DNA from: Candidatus Omnitrophota bacterium
GTDB lineage: Bacteria > Omnitrophota > Gorgyraeia > Gygaellales > JBFMHM01
Direction: 5' to 3'
DNA: 64,000 nt
Assembly: GCA_040753015.1 (NCBI GenBank)
Contig: JBFMHM010000002.1
Coordinates: 102,111 to 166,110, forward strand
Shown here: positions 1 through 9,434 of the stretch, in pieces
How the letters are laid out: every line of letters begins with the position of its first letter
How positions within the stretch are numbered: position 1 is the first letter of the stretch
Program-made: the position numbers and the translations under genes
Notes under the pieces: generated by a model
Databases searched by the model: none
What the model was told of the DNA's origin: nothing
The model's input: only the letters and a program-made list of their open reading frames with translations

Positions 1-87
1 AAAATTATAACGTTCAAACTTACGCCGCTCTAAGCCACGCCAAACTTTTTTATCTAAGCTAACTTTTGCGATTTGTTTGGAATCCAT
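1..87 (-). CDS. Probable PilZ-domain protein, 5' part only (runs off the window edge; absent from the ORF track)
   Basis: Manual translation from ATG at 87 gives MDSKQIAKVSLDKKVWRGLERRKFERYNF, open to the edge. ERRKFER fits the PilZ RxxxR motif. Starts 4 nt after the upstream stop. Confidence 0.6.
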   Translation of the reverse strand, partial: MDSKQIAKVSLDKKVWRGLERRKFERYNF

Positions 88-91
88 ACTC

Positions 92-1993
92 TTATATACA
101 TTTAATAACAATTATTGTTAAATCATCGTGCTGAGTTGCACCATATGAAAACTTTGCAATCCCATCATTTATCCTACTAACCAATTCACTGGCTTTTAAA
201 TGCTTCGATTCAATAACATCATTAATAAGTTTTTGCTTACCAAAATCTTCTGTTTTAATTGATTTTGCCTCTATTACTCCATCAGTATATAAAACAATAA
301 TGTCATCTTTTTCTAACGGAAATTCTACTTGGGAAAATTGAGCCTCTTCTAATATACCCAGCGGAGGCCCAAAATCAAAATTTAATTCTATTGATTTTCC
401 TGCCCTTATTACGATAGGTGAAAAATGGCCTGCATTTGCAGCAATTATCTTCTTGTTTGCTATATCCAAAACTAAATAATTCATTGTAACAAAAATACTT
501 TCCCTTGACTCAATAGAAAGTTTATTATTAAGTTTTAATAATACGTCTTTGGGTAGATCGTTGGATTTTGCAAAATATCGGAAATCCGAAATGGTCTTAG
601 CCATAAAAAGCGCGGCCGGAACACCCTTTCCGGAAACATCTGCTATCATTACACCGATATTTTGATTACCAAGCTGAACAAAATCGTATAAATCCCCTCC
701 AATTTTTCTAGCAGGAACCATCAAACCGGCAATCTCAAAACACTCTGACCGAGGAAATCCTTTTGGTAAAAAACTCTCTTGAATCTTCTTAGCAACTATC
801 AGCTCTTTTTCAACAAGCTCATTTTTCCTTTTTTCATTTAAATATTTGAATAAATTAATTGATAAATAAATAATAAATAAAATTAAAATCGGATAGAATA
901 AATCAATCCATATTCCAAAATAATAAAAAGACACACAGCTTAATATAAATAAAATTACAATAATAAAAATAGTTAGGATTGAACCGTCTAAAAATTTAAA
1001 CTTTCTGTTTACAAAAATTGTCAGCAACGAAAAAAATAATAATAAAATAATATTTACAAAATGTGATGCGCGCATAATTGGACTACCCTGAACAATCATG
1101 TTAAAAATACTCGCATTAGATCCAACCATAGGATATGTGTTCTCAATAGGAATCGGATTTAAATCACATGTGGCAGTTGCTGTTAAACCAATAAAACAAA
1201 CTTTACCATTTAAATCATCTAAATTAATACGCGGAGTTTCTCCAAAAAGCGCTTGTTTATAACTCACTAAAATATCGTAATATGAATAATGCTTAAAAAC
1301 CTTATGCCATTTTCCAGGATAATTAATTAAACAACGAGCCTTATTATCTAAGGGTATCTTAGTAAAACTACCAATTTTAATAAATCTATCCGGAATAAAT
1401 TGTATGTTTCTTTGGTCTATCTTTAAATAATCAACAGCTGCTATCAAACTAATATGCGAAAATAAATTACTGCCATATTTAATAAATAAAGGTGCCCAAC
1501 GGTATTTGCCGTCTATATCCGGCATAGTACTTATAAAGCCTTGTGCCTTGCTTGCATCCTTTATTTTTTCTGCTATCTCAAGATCGGCTTTTTTTGCATC
1601 AAGAATATGTTTTGATTTACTATCAATACTAAGTACAAATGGCAAATAAACATTCCCTGATTCCTTAATTGCAAGGGCTAAATCATCATCTTGGTTAGTA
1701 GGATCGGAAAAAACAATATCAAAAATAATTTGTCTTACACCATATTCTTTTAGTATCCGGATTAATGTAGCATGGAAATCGCGCGGAATTGGCCAAGAAC
1801 CTAGTTCTTTCAGTGTATCATCAGAAACTTCTATTATTACAATATCCTTATTCCAATTTTGGGTAGGCCTTAATTTATAACGAAAATCAAAAGTAGGAAG
1901 CTCGAGAATATCAAAAACTCTTAAATAAGAAAATAAAATAAGTATAAAAAGTATCAAACAAGCTAAAAATAATTTTCTTATTTTAGAATTCAT
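92..1993 (-). CDS. CHASE2 sensor + 3 TM + SpoIIE/PP2C (RsbU-like) phosphatase
   Basis: CHASE2 motifs (DIVIIEVSD..LGSWPIPR, FDIVFSDP, DIDGKYR); PP2C motifs GGDLYD, IADVSGKGVPAALFM, NAGH, YTDGV, DDLT. Confidence 0.9.
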   Translation of the reverse strand: MNSKIRKLFLACLILFILILFSYLRVFDILELPTFDFRYKLRPTQNWNKDIVIIEVSDDTLKELGSWPIPRDFHATLIRILKEYGVRQIIFDIVFSDPTNQDDDLALAIKESGNVYLPFVLSIDSKSKHILDAKKADLEIAEKIKDASKAQGFISTMPDIDGKYRWAPLFIKYGSNLFSHISLIAAVDYLKIDQRNIQFIPDRFIKIGSFTKIPLDNKARCLINYPGKWHKVFKHYSYYDILVSYKQALFGETPRINLDDLNGKVCFIGLTATATCDLNPIPIENTYPMVGSNASIFNMIVQGSPIMRASHFVNIILLLFFSLLTIFVNRKFKFLDGSILTIFIIVILFILSCVSFYYFGIWIDLFYPILILFIIYLSINLFKYLNEKRKNELVEKELIVAKKIQESFLPKGFPRSECFEIAGLMVPARKIGGDLYDFVQLGNQNIGVMIADVSGKGVPAALFMAKTISDFRYFAKSNDLPKDVLLKLNNKLSIESRESIFVTMNYLVLDIANKKIIAANAGHFSPIVIRAGKSIELNFDFGPPLGILEEAQFSQVEFPLEKDDIIVLYTDGVIEAKSIKTEDFGKQKLINDVIESKHLKASELVSRINDGIAKFSYGATQHDDLTIIVIKCI

Positions 1994-1999
1994 GTTGAA

Positions 2000-3016
2000 T
2001 TAGAATGTATAATTCAAACCGACCGTCGTTAAGCTACCTGAGTATTTTTGGCTGGGAACATTTGACACATTTTCTCTATAAGAATAGTCTAATATAGAAG
2101 ATAAGTATTTTGTAAAGTTATAGCTCAAGGATGCGTTAAAGGTATACGTGTATTCTTTTTCCGGAGAAGGATTACCGTCAAGCCATCTGCGGTCTTTATA
2201 CTGGCGTTTTTGAAAGCCAAAACTTGTATATCCCAGCAGTTTTTCAGTAAAGTTATACCCTAAACTAAGAACACCTCTATTTGAATAAAAATCATAGTAA
2301 TCTAAATAAAGCTCATTAGATTTATTTACGTAGAATTGATAACTAACCTTCGCATATAATTTCTTGAAAAAAATCCCGATTTCGTAAGCTGGCTGACTGC
2401 GATAATCAAATCTCTTTTTATCTGAAAAATTATAGTCTGCGAGCCTTCTGTTACGTGCTGTATAGTTCTTTGTGAGAAACGTAAATTTAAACGCGTGATA
2501 TAAACCTTTATAAATGTCGTGCCTTAAGCTAAAACCTAAATCATTTTCAACATAAGAGCTGTTGTCATCTTTAGGAAAAGCCAAGTATTCTATCTGATAA
2601 AATTTCTGGAATGTAAAAATTTTAAATAACTTTCTTGTCCAATCCAGTTTTAGAATATTATCAAGGAGCGTATTTTTAGTATATTTATCGTAATTTATAA
2701 CAGTAAAATTATATAATGCACCAGCGCTTGTTTTTTTACTAAAACTATAACGATAGTCGGCATTTATAATCGCCTCTTGAAATAAATCACCTTTTCTCGA
2801 CGAATCTAAGTTAGCGTTATTATCAAACCCTTGCATGGCCGTAACAAAAGCCCGAAACTTACCCTTTACGTCCTTGATTTTTTCTGGCCGGCCTGCTGTT
2901 GGATATTGAATATATTTCTCCTCTTCTGCTCTTTGAGCAAAAGAAAAATCACCTATAAAAAAGATGCTTATTAAAACAAATATTAATAATTTTATTTTCA
3001 CTATATTTTCCTCCAA
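2000..3016 (-). CDS. Outer-membrane beta-barrel protein
   Basis: Signal peptide, aromatic-rich alternating strands, C-terminal GLNYTF (terminal Phe, BAM-type signature). Confidence 0.7.
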   Translation of the reverse strand: MEENIVKIKLLIFVLISIFFIGDFSFAQRAEEEKYIQYPTAGRPEKIKDVKGKFRAFVTAMQGFDNNANLDSSRKGDLFQEAIINADYRYSFSKKTSAGALYNFTVINYDKYTKNTLLDNILKLDWTRKLFKIFTFQKFYQIEYLAFPKDDNSSYVENDLGFSLRHDIYKGLYHAFKFTFLTKNYTARNRRLADYNFSDKKRFDYRSQPAYEIGIFFKKLYAKVSYQFYVNKSNELYLDYYDFYSNRGVLSLGYNFTEKLLGYTSFGFQKRQYKDRRWLDGNPSPEKEYTYTFNASLSYNFTKYLSSILDYSYRENVSNVPSQKYSGSLTTVGLNYTF

Positions 3017-3024
3017 ATTCTCAT

Positions 3025-3849
3025 TTACCAGCCTCTTCTTGCATCATTCTCATTGTCATTATCCATTCTTGATTCGGATCTTTGCTCTACAGCTTCAGAC
3101 CGCGATTCATGTATTGCTTCAAAACGGGCTTCGCGGCCATCCTCCATTATTTGGAATCTTTCTTCCGCATCTTCAAAATCTTCTTCTCCGCCGGATTGCT
3201 CATTTGGATTTAGAAATGTTCTTTTATGTTTCTCGATACCAGACTTTATTTTATTCCATTTATTTATTTGACCTTTACTTAATTTCTCAAGTGCCGATGG
3301 TGGGTTAAATTCATCTACGCTCGATTTAAAGCCAGCAGGAATATCGATTTGGCCTAAAATACTGCCATCTTTAGCTAAACCCGCGGCATATATCGTATGC
3401 TCATAACCTTCAATATCAGTTTTGCCGCCTTCTATAGCCATTGACCATCCTGTGCCACGAGCTCCTGCTACTGCTTGAGGCGTGCGCACTTCAAAAGTAG
3501 AGCCCTTATCTAAATTATCAATTATAGAAAACACTCTCCCCTTAACAATGCTCACCTTAACCGGATTAAAACTTTGAATGCTAAATATTGAATATTCATC
3601 TATTTTTACAATATTACCAATTTTCTCATCAAACGCGATTTCAACTGTACTCTTTTTATTTGTTTTTAATATATCTCCTGCATGAATTGAATCGCCAACT
3701 TTTCCTTTTCTGGAATCACCTGTATCCTTTGTCTGAATAATAACATCACCTTTTACATAAATTAATTTTGCGGAATCTATAGCAGCGAATAAAGGCATAG
3801 CAATAGAAAAAAGAAAAAAAATAGTTAAAACAATAGCTGTTTTTTTCAC
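3025..3849 (-). CDS. Periplasmic FecR-domain protein with charged C-terminal tail
   Basis: Signal peptide; VKGDV, GDILKT, FEVRTPQAVAGARGT motifs; GAGGAGG RBS before GTG. Confidence 0.8.
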   Translation of the reverse strand: MKKTAIVLTIFFLFSIAMPLFAAIDSAKLIYVKGDVIIQTKDTGDSRKGKVGDSIHAGDILKTNKKSTVEIAFDEKIGNIVKIDEYSIFSIQSFNPVKVSIVKGRVFSIIDNLDKGSTFEVRTPQAVAGARGTGWSMAIEGGKTDIEGYEHTIYAAGLAKDGSILGQIDIPAGFKSSVDEFNPPSALEKLSKGQINKWNKIKSGIEKHKRTFLNPNEQSGGEEDFEDAEERFQIMEDGREARFEAIHESRSEAVEQRSESRMDNDNENDARRGW

Positions 3850-3850
3850 G

Positions 3851-4474
3851 TTAATCCTCCTCTTTATTTTTTTTAGTATCTTTTGGTTTTTCTTTTGTTT
3901 TGTATAAAAGTTTCCACGGGTATGTTTTTATATCTTCGCTGAACTCTTTCATATTTTCACTTACAATTTTTAAATTCGCTATAGATGCATTTAAATCTTT
4001 TTTGTTTAAAACTAAAATATCATCTAAACTCTTAGAAATAGAATCTGCTCTTTTCATGAGCATATCCATATCAATAGGATTTTCGCTTAAAATAAAAGAT
4101 TTTTTATCAAGGAACGCGGCGCCATCTGATCCGCGGGAAATTTCAATATATTTTTCTCCCATAAGCCCCAAAATAGCAAGACGTGCAGTTGAATCAACTC
4201 TAGGTCTTGCCTGGCTATTCAACCATAAGGTAAGACGAATTTGTGTCCTATTATCATCGTATATTAAATTAATATCCCTCACCTCACCAACTTCAAAACC
4301 AGAAAGCCGGACTGGTGCATGCTTCATCAGGCCATCAACAGAATTAAAATATACATAAAATTCATTACCATCTTTTGCAAAACGATAAGCCCCTACCTTA
4401 ATTGTCAAAACGAATAAAACAATCAGAGTAATTATAATAAGCGCCCCTACCTTAATTGCATTCTTTATTTTCAT
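3851..4474 (-). CDS. mlaD: MlaD/MCE family protein
   Basis: N-terminal TM; FNSVDGL..APVRLSGFEVGEV; GLMGEKYIEI. Confidence 0.88.
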   Translation of the reverse strand: MKIKNAIKVGALIIITLIVLFVLTIKVGAYRFAKDGNEFYVYFNSVDGLMKHAPVRLSGFEVGEVRDINLIYDDNRTQIRLTLWLNSQARPRVDSTARLAILGLMGEKYIEISRGSDGAAFLDKKSFILSENPIDMDMLMKRADSISKSLDDILVLNKKDLNASIANLKIVSENMKEFSEDIKTYPWKLLYKTKEKPKDTKKNKEED

Positions 4475-4483
4475 AATAATCTC

Positions 4484-5287
4484 CTATACCAATAAATCTT
4501 TTAAATAATCATCGGAATTTTGAACAAAAGAAACCGGCCCTTCCGGTTCTCCTTTTATAAATTGCTGCACAAGCCCATCCTTAGAATTTCTTATTTCATC
4601 TGGCGAACCGTTAGCAATAACTTTTCCTTTATGCAGCATAATAATCCTATCGGCAATACTAAACACACTTCTCATATCATGAGTAACAACAACTGATGTT
4701 ATAACTAATTTTTCTGTTAAATCTCGGATTAATTTATCGATTACGGCTGACATTATCGGGTCTAACCCAGCTGTCGGCTCGTCATAAAAAACAACTTCGG
4801 GATCCATAGCAATTGCCCGCGCAAGCCCAACGCGTTTTTTCATACCGCCTGAAAGCTGAGAAGGCATAAGATTTTGGAATCCACTCAATCCCACAAGCTG
4901 TAATTTCATTTTTATTATAAGATCGATTATATGTGGGTCTAGCTTAGTATGCTCGAGTAGAGGAAGTGAAACATTACCTTTTACATCTAAAGAATCAAGA
5001 AGTGCTCCTGACTGAAAAAGAATTCCAAACCTCTTTCGTATCCCATCAAGCCCGTCTTCATCTAATTCATTTATATCTTTACCAAAAAAATTTACTTTCC
5101 CCTGATCTGGCTTCATTGCGCCAACTAAATGACGTAGTAAAGTCGACTTACCGCACCCAGAACCACCCATTACTACTAAAAGCTCTCCTCTATATACTTC
5201 TAAATCTACGCCGTTAAGAACAGCTCTTTTGCCAAAATATTTAACTAAATTTTCGGTTTTTATAATTATTTCTCTAACATTATTCAT
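4484..5287 (-). CDS. mlaF: MlaF-type ABC ATPase
   Basis: GGSGCGKS, LSGGMKKRVGLARA, YDEPTAGLDP, VTHD. Confidence 0.92.
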   Translation of the reverse strand: MNNVREIIIKTENLVKYFGKRAVLNGVDLEVYRGELLVVMGGSGCGKSTLLRHLVGAMKPDQGKVNFFGKDINELDEDGLDGIRKRFGILFQSGALLDSLDVKGNVSLPLLEHTKLDPHIIDLIIKMKLQLVGLSGFQNLMPSQLSGGMKKRVGLARAIAMDPEVVFYDEPTAGLDPIMSAVIDKLIRDLTEKLVITSVVVTHDMRSVFSIADRIIMLHKGKVIANGSPDEIRNSKDGLVQQFIKGEPEGPVSFVQNSDDYLKDLLV

Positions 5288-5290
5288 AAA

Positions 5291-6088
5291 TTATATTTTT
5301 GCAAAATAAAAAATTCCTGTCAAGATACAATCTGCAAGAATTATTAAAATAAAGCTCGTAACAACACTAACCGTTGTTGCGCGGCCTACACCCTCTGCGC
5401 CACCTTCAGTAGTCAAGCCTTTATAGCATGCAACCAGAACAATCAATATAGAAAAAATAAATGATTTAAATATACCTGTATAGATATCTTTAAGTGTTAA
5501 AAATTTAATTGTTATATCAATATACAAATAAGGGTTAATATTCAAGTTTGTTATTCCTATCAAGAACCCGCCTATCATACCTATAATGTTGCCTAGCAAT
5601 GTAAGACAGGGAAGCATAATTATTAACGATAAAAAACGCGGAACAACTAAAAATCTTACTGGATTTATTGCCATAACTGACAATGCCTCTATTTGTTCAT
5701 TTACTTTCATCGATCCTATCTCAGCAGTAATAGCTGCGCCAATCCGCCCAGCGATAACAAGAGCGGTCAACACTGGCCCTAGCTCTCTAACAATAGAAAC
5801 ACCGACAAACGAAGAAATATACATTACCGCACCAAATTTAGCTAGCTGTGGCGCCCCCTGCATAGCCAAAACAATACCCGTAAAAAGCATAACAAAAAAT
5901 ACAATAATCAAAGATTGTATCCCCATAAAAACCATCTGATATAACACAGAATCCACAGGAATATTTTTTTTCTTAAACGGACCAATAAAAATCCAATATA
6001 ACGTCTGGCCAAATAATAATAATATCTGCCATAATTCAGAAATAATATTTAACGTGTAAATTCCTATATTTTCATAAAATTTATTCAT
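5291..6088 (-). CDS. mlaE: MlaE-type ABC permease
   Basis: RELGPVLTALVIAGRIGAAITAEIGSMKVNEQIEAL; GGAEGVGRATT. Confidence 0.93.
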   Translation of the reverse strand: MNKFYENIGIYTLNIISELWQILLLFGQTLYWIFIGPFKKKNIPVDSVLYQMVFMGIQSLIIVFFVMLFTGIVLAMQGAPQLAKFGAVMYISSFVGVSIVRELGPVLTALVIAGRIGAAITAEIGSMKVNEQIEALSVMAINPVRFLVVPRFLSLIIMLPCLTLLGNIIGMIGGFLIGITNLNINPYLYIDITIKFLTLKDIYTGIFKSFIFSILIVLVACYKGLTTEGGAEGVGRATTVSVVTSFILIILADCILTGIFYFAKI

Positions 6089-6091
6089 TAG

Positions 6092-6430
6092 TTAAAAATT
6101 TTGAAGCGCTTCTTCTTCACTAGAAAAAATATTAAATAACTTATCAAGCTTAGTAATCTCAAATAATGAGCTTACTTTTTCTGATAAATTAGATAACCGC
6201 ATTAATCCATTATTGCGCTTTACCCGCTGCAATATTTCGATTAAAGTTGCTAACCCAGAACTATCTATATACGAAACATTATTCAAATTCAGTAAAATTT
6301 TTTTACTATCTTCTCTTACTAGCTTCTCAAACTCTTTTCGCATATTAGGAGATGTATTAATATTAATCTCTCCTTTGACCGAACAAACAATCACATCGTT
6401 AGATTGTTTCTCTTTTATTTCAAGATTCAC
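6092..6430 (-). CDS. STAS anti-sigma factor antagonist (RsbV/SpoIIAA-like)
   Basis: VSYIDSSGLATL phospho-serine motif, 112 aa, AGGAGG RBS. Confidence 0.9.
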   Translation of the reverse strand: MNLEIKEKQSNDVIVCSVKGEININTSPNMRKEFEKLVREDSKKILLNLNNVSYIDSSGLATLIEILQRVKRNNGLMRLSNLSEKVSSLFEITKLDKLFNIFSSEEEALQNF

Positions 6431-6873
6431 TTAGGCCTCCTATTTAAAATGGCGTTGCTTTTAGACGGCTTTACGCCGATGAATTTCTCCATCGTAATCA
6501 TATTGCCTTTTTTGTTAAAACTCACTCGATCCATTAATTTTTTTATTAAAAAAACTCCTCTACCACTGGTCCTTTGTAAATTTTTGCCTAAAATTGGATT
6601 TGCAATTTTATTATAATTATAACCTTGCCCCTCATCCTTAATGCTTAAAATTATTAAATTATTATTTATTATTAAATTGCATTCAACTGTTAATTTTTTA
6701 TCAAATTTATTGCCATGTTTTATAGCATTAATTATGGCCTCTTCTAATGATAGCCTTATATCCTCTAAGGAATCCTTTGACAAATTTAATTCTTTTAACT
6801 GGCCTAATATTTCTCTGCTAACACAATTTATCTTTGATAAATCTGAAGATATTTTAAATATCATTGTTTCCAA
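6427..6873 (-). CDS. Anti-sigma factor Ser/Thr kinase (RsbW/SpoIIAB-like HATPase_c)
   Basis: EEAIINAIKHGN, IKDEGQGY, SGRGVFLIKKLMD. Confidence 0.9.
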   Translation of the reverse strand: METMIFKISSDLSKINCVSREILGQLKELNLSKDSLEDIRLSLEEAIINAIKHGNKFDKKLTVECNLIINNNLIILSIKDEGQGYNYNKIANPILGKNLQRTSGRGVFLIKKLMDRVSFNKKGNMITMEKFIGVKPSKSNAILNRRPK

Positions 6874-7373
6874 AGACCCCTATTATTCTCGCGGGCTTGC
6901 TTTTGTAAATTCAAAAATAATTCTTGGTGTTTAACATTTGGCGGAATAGTCATTGTCTGCGCATAACCTTCTTCAATAATTTTTGCATTTATAAATGTAT
7001 TGTCCTCTAAATAAACATATGCCAAAAGTCTTCCGTATTTATCATAATGCTCAATATCAAATTCAATGCTCACCGCCTTACCTTCAACTAGACTTTTAGT
7101 AAATTGATAGGCAAGCCGGCCCTGGGCTTGAATTACCTTTATATCTTTTTTAGTCCGCTTTGCATCGCGATAAAGTTTATCACTTTCATGCATCTCTGGT
7201 GTATCAAGGCCAATTAGACGCACCTTCTGGCCATTATTAAGCAGTAAAGTATCTCCGTCTATAACCCTTTTAACTATAAATATTTTATGGATATGATTTT
7301 GACTACCTCTAGGACATTCTTGCGCAAAACAAATAACCGGAATTAATAAAAACAATATAAAAAGTTTTTTCAC
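6861..7373 (-). CDS. Secreted thermonuclease (SNase family)
   Basis: Signal peptide; RVIDGDT, VRLIGLDTPE, DKYGRLLAYVY, ARENNRGLW. Confidence 0.92.
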   Translation of the reverse strand: MKKLFILFLLIPVICFAQECPRGSQNHIHKIFIVKRVIDGDTLLLNNGQKVRLIGLDTPEMHESDKLYRDAKRTKKDIKVIQAQGRLAYQFTKSLVEGKAVSIEFDIEHYDKYGRLLAYVYLEDNTFINAKIIEEGYAQTMTIPPNVKHQELFLNLQKQARENNRGLWKQ

Positions 7374-7537
7374 TTTGACTGCCCTGTATTATTAATACCT
7401 GCATCTTTGACTGGCTCTTCTTGTTTTTGCTCATCTTCACCGCTTCTCCAGCGCCCACCAGCCCATTGTTTTATTGAAGCGCAGCCATTTAAAAAAAATA
7501 TAAAAATAAATCCTATAAATAATATATTTTTAATCAT
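7370..7537 (-). CDS. Small 55-aa lipoprotein (below the ORF-track cutoff)
   Basis: Manual translation MIKNILFIGFIFIFFLNGCASIKQWAGGRW...GQSK*; lipobox LNGC; GGGGG RBS; its TGA overlaps the nuclease GTG (GTGA). Confidence 0.75.
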   Translation of the reverse strand: MIKNILFIGFIFIFFLNGCASIKQWAGGRWRSGEDEQKQEEPVKDAGINNTGQSK

Positions 7538-7596
7538 TTTAACCCCCGATATAAATATAATTTTACCAAAAAGATAAATAAATTTAAAGAATTATA

Positions 7597-8229
7597 TTAA
7601 CTATCCAGCATCCTCAAATCTTTTGTAAGTTCCGTCTCTAAAAATAAGTATCTTTTGGTAACCGGATGAACAAATTCTATAGACTTAGCGTGTAAAGCGA
7701 CACGCCTAAATTTAAGACTATAATCTTTCGCAAAAGCAAATTTTCGCTCACCAACCAAAGGATGCCCTATTTGTTTAAAATGTATCCTAATCTGATTAGT
7801 GCGCCCTGTAATAGGCCTAACTAAAACTTTAACATAATTAGAATAGTCTTTTAAAACTTGATATTTGGTAATCGCGCTCTTTAAAATATCGTGTTCGGGA
7901 ATTTTATTATCAATCAAACCTGACATTTTTTTTAATCTACCATGAACAAAGGCAATATAAGTTTTTTTTATTTTTCTTTCTAGAAATAACCGCATAATCG
8001 CTGCCTGAGTTGCCTTATCTTTTGCATAAATGATTATTCCAGAAGTATCTCTATCTAACCTATGAACAGGATAGGCATGCATATTAGGATTATTTTTCTC
8101 TAGATAAGTATTAACAATTGCTGTAAGCGTGTGTTTTTCTTTTTTTGGCGTGGGTACAACTAAAATCCCAGGAGGCTTATCAACTGCGATGAGCCAATCA
8201 TCTTCAAAGATTACTTTTGGCTCTATCAT
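7597..8229 (-). CDS. RluA-family pseudouridine synthase
   Basis: VDKPPG, VHRLDRDTSG, TGRTNQIRIH. Confidence 0.9.
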   Translation of the reverse strand: MIEPKVIFEDDWLIAVDKPPGILVVPTPKKEKHTLTAIVNTYLEKNNPNMHAYPVHRLDRDTSGIIIYAKDKATQAAIMRLFLERKIKKTYIAFVHGRLKKMSGLIDNKIPEHDILKSAITKYQVLKDYSNYVKVLVRPITGRTNQIRIHFKQIGHPLVGERKFAFAKDYSLKFRRVALHAKSIEFVHPVTKRYLFLETELTKDLRMLDS

Positions 8230-8233
8230 TATT

Positions 8234-9427
8234 TCAAACTTTTAATTTAATTTTTATAAATTTTTTCTTACCAATTTTAAAAAGATATTCTCTTGCATAT
8301 GATATTTTATAATCCAAACTCGTTACTGTTTCACTATTAATAGATACCGCACCCTGTGACAGAAGACGCCTAAATTCATTCTTTGAGGCAATGCCTAATG
8401 TTGAAATTAAATTTAATTCTAAAAGCTCATTTAAACTAAATTCTTTTTCAGATTCTACTTTAATTATTTTTTCTTCCATATTTTGAGGCAGTTCCTTTTT
8501 TTGAAAGATTTTTTCAAAACATTCTCTTGCTCTAATAGCTTCGGCCTCAAGATAATATTCAGAAACAATAAATTCCGCTAATTTCTTTTTTGCATCAAGC
8601 GGATGCATTTTTTTAACTTCATTGATATCAAAATTAGTAAGTGTTTCATAAAACTTAATCATGAGCTCATCGGATATCGACATAAGTTTTCCGAATATTT
8701 CCTGCGGCGGCTCATTTATTGAAACATAGTTACCTAGGGACTTACTCATTTTATTTACACCATCAAGGCCAACAAGAAGAGGAGTCATAATTACGACTTG
8801 CGGTTCTTGGCCAAAATCTTTTTGAAGTTCTCTGGCTAAGAGTAAATTAAATTTTTGATCTATCCCCCCAAGTTCAATATCTGCCCTAAGCTCTACCGAA
8901 TCATATGCCTGCAAAAGAGGATAGAAGAATTCTAAGAGAGAAATATCCCGCCCATTTTTATATCTATCACTAAAATCTGCCCGCGCAAGAAGTTGAGCTA
9001 TCGTGATATGTGAAGCCAAATCTAGAATCTTTTCGGATGGAAGATTAATCAACCATTTACTATTAAAAACGACTCTAGTTTTTTTTGGATTAAGAATTTT
9101 AAAGACTTGTTTTTTATAGGTTTGGGCGTTGGATAAAACCTCTTTCGCTGAAAGTCTTGGCCTCTGTTTGTCTTTACCTGAAGGATCTCCAATCCTAGCC
9201 GTAAAGTCCCCAATTAAAAAGTATACAATATGGCCAAGATCCTGAAAAAGACGAAGTTTCCTTAAAATAACTGAGTGACCCAAATGAATATCGGCAGCAG
9301 TAGGATCAAATCCAGCTTTAATTACAAGTGGACGATTTTTTTTTAATTTATTCTTAAGATCGTCATCCGAAATTATTTCGGATGTGCCGCGTCTTATTAA
9401 TTTTAGCTGTTCTTCAATTGACAGCAT
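8234..9427 (-). CDS. tyrS: Tyrosine--tRNA ligase
   Basis: GFDPTAADIHLGH, YPLLQAYD, KMSKS, C-terminal S4-like domain. Confidence 0.96.
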   Translation of the reverse strand: MLSIEEQLKLIRRGTSEIISDDDLKNKLKKNRPLVIKAGFDPTAADIHLGHSVILRKLRLFQDLGHIVYFLIGDFTARIGDPSGKDKQRPRLSAKEVLSNAQTYKKQVFKILNPKKTRVVFNSKWLINLPSEKILDLASHITIAQLLARADFSDRYKNGRDISLLEFFYPLLQAYDSVELRADIELGGIDQKFNLLLARELQKDFGQEPQVVIMTPLLVGLDGVNKMSKSLGNYVSINEPPQEIFGKLMSISDELMIKFYETLTNFDINEVKKMHPLDAKKKLAEFIVSEYYLEAEAIRARECFEKIFQKKELPQNMEEKIIKVESEKEFSLNELLELNLISTLGIASKNEFRRLLSQGAVSINSETVTSLDYKISYAREYLFKIGKKKFIKIKLKV

Positions 9428-9434
9428 TTTTTAA

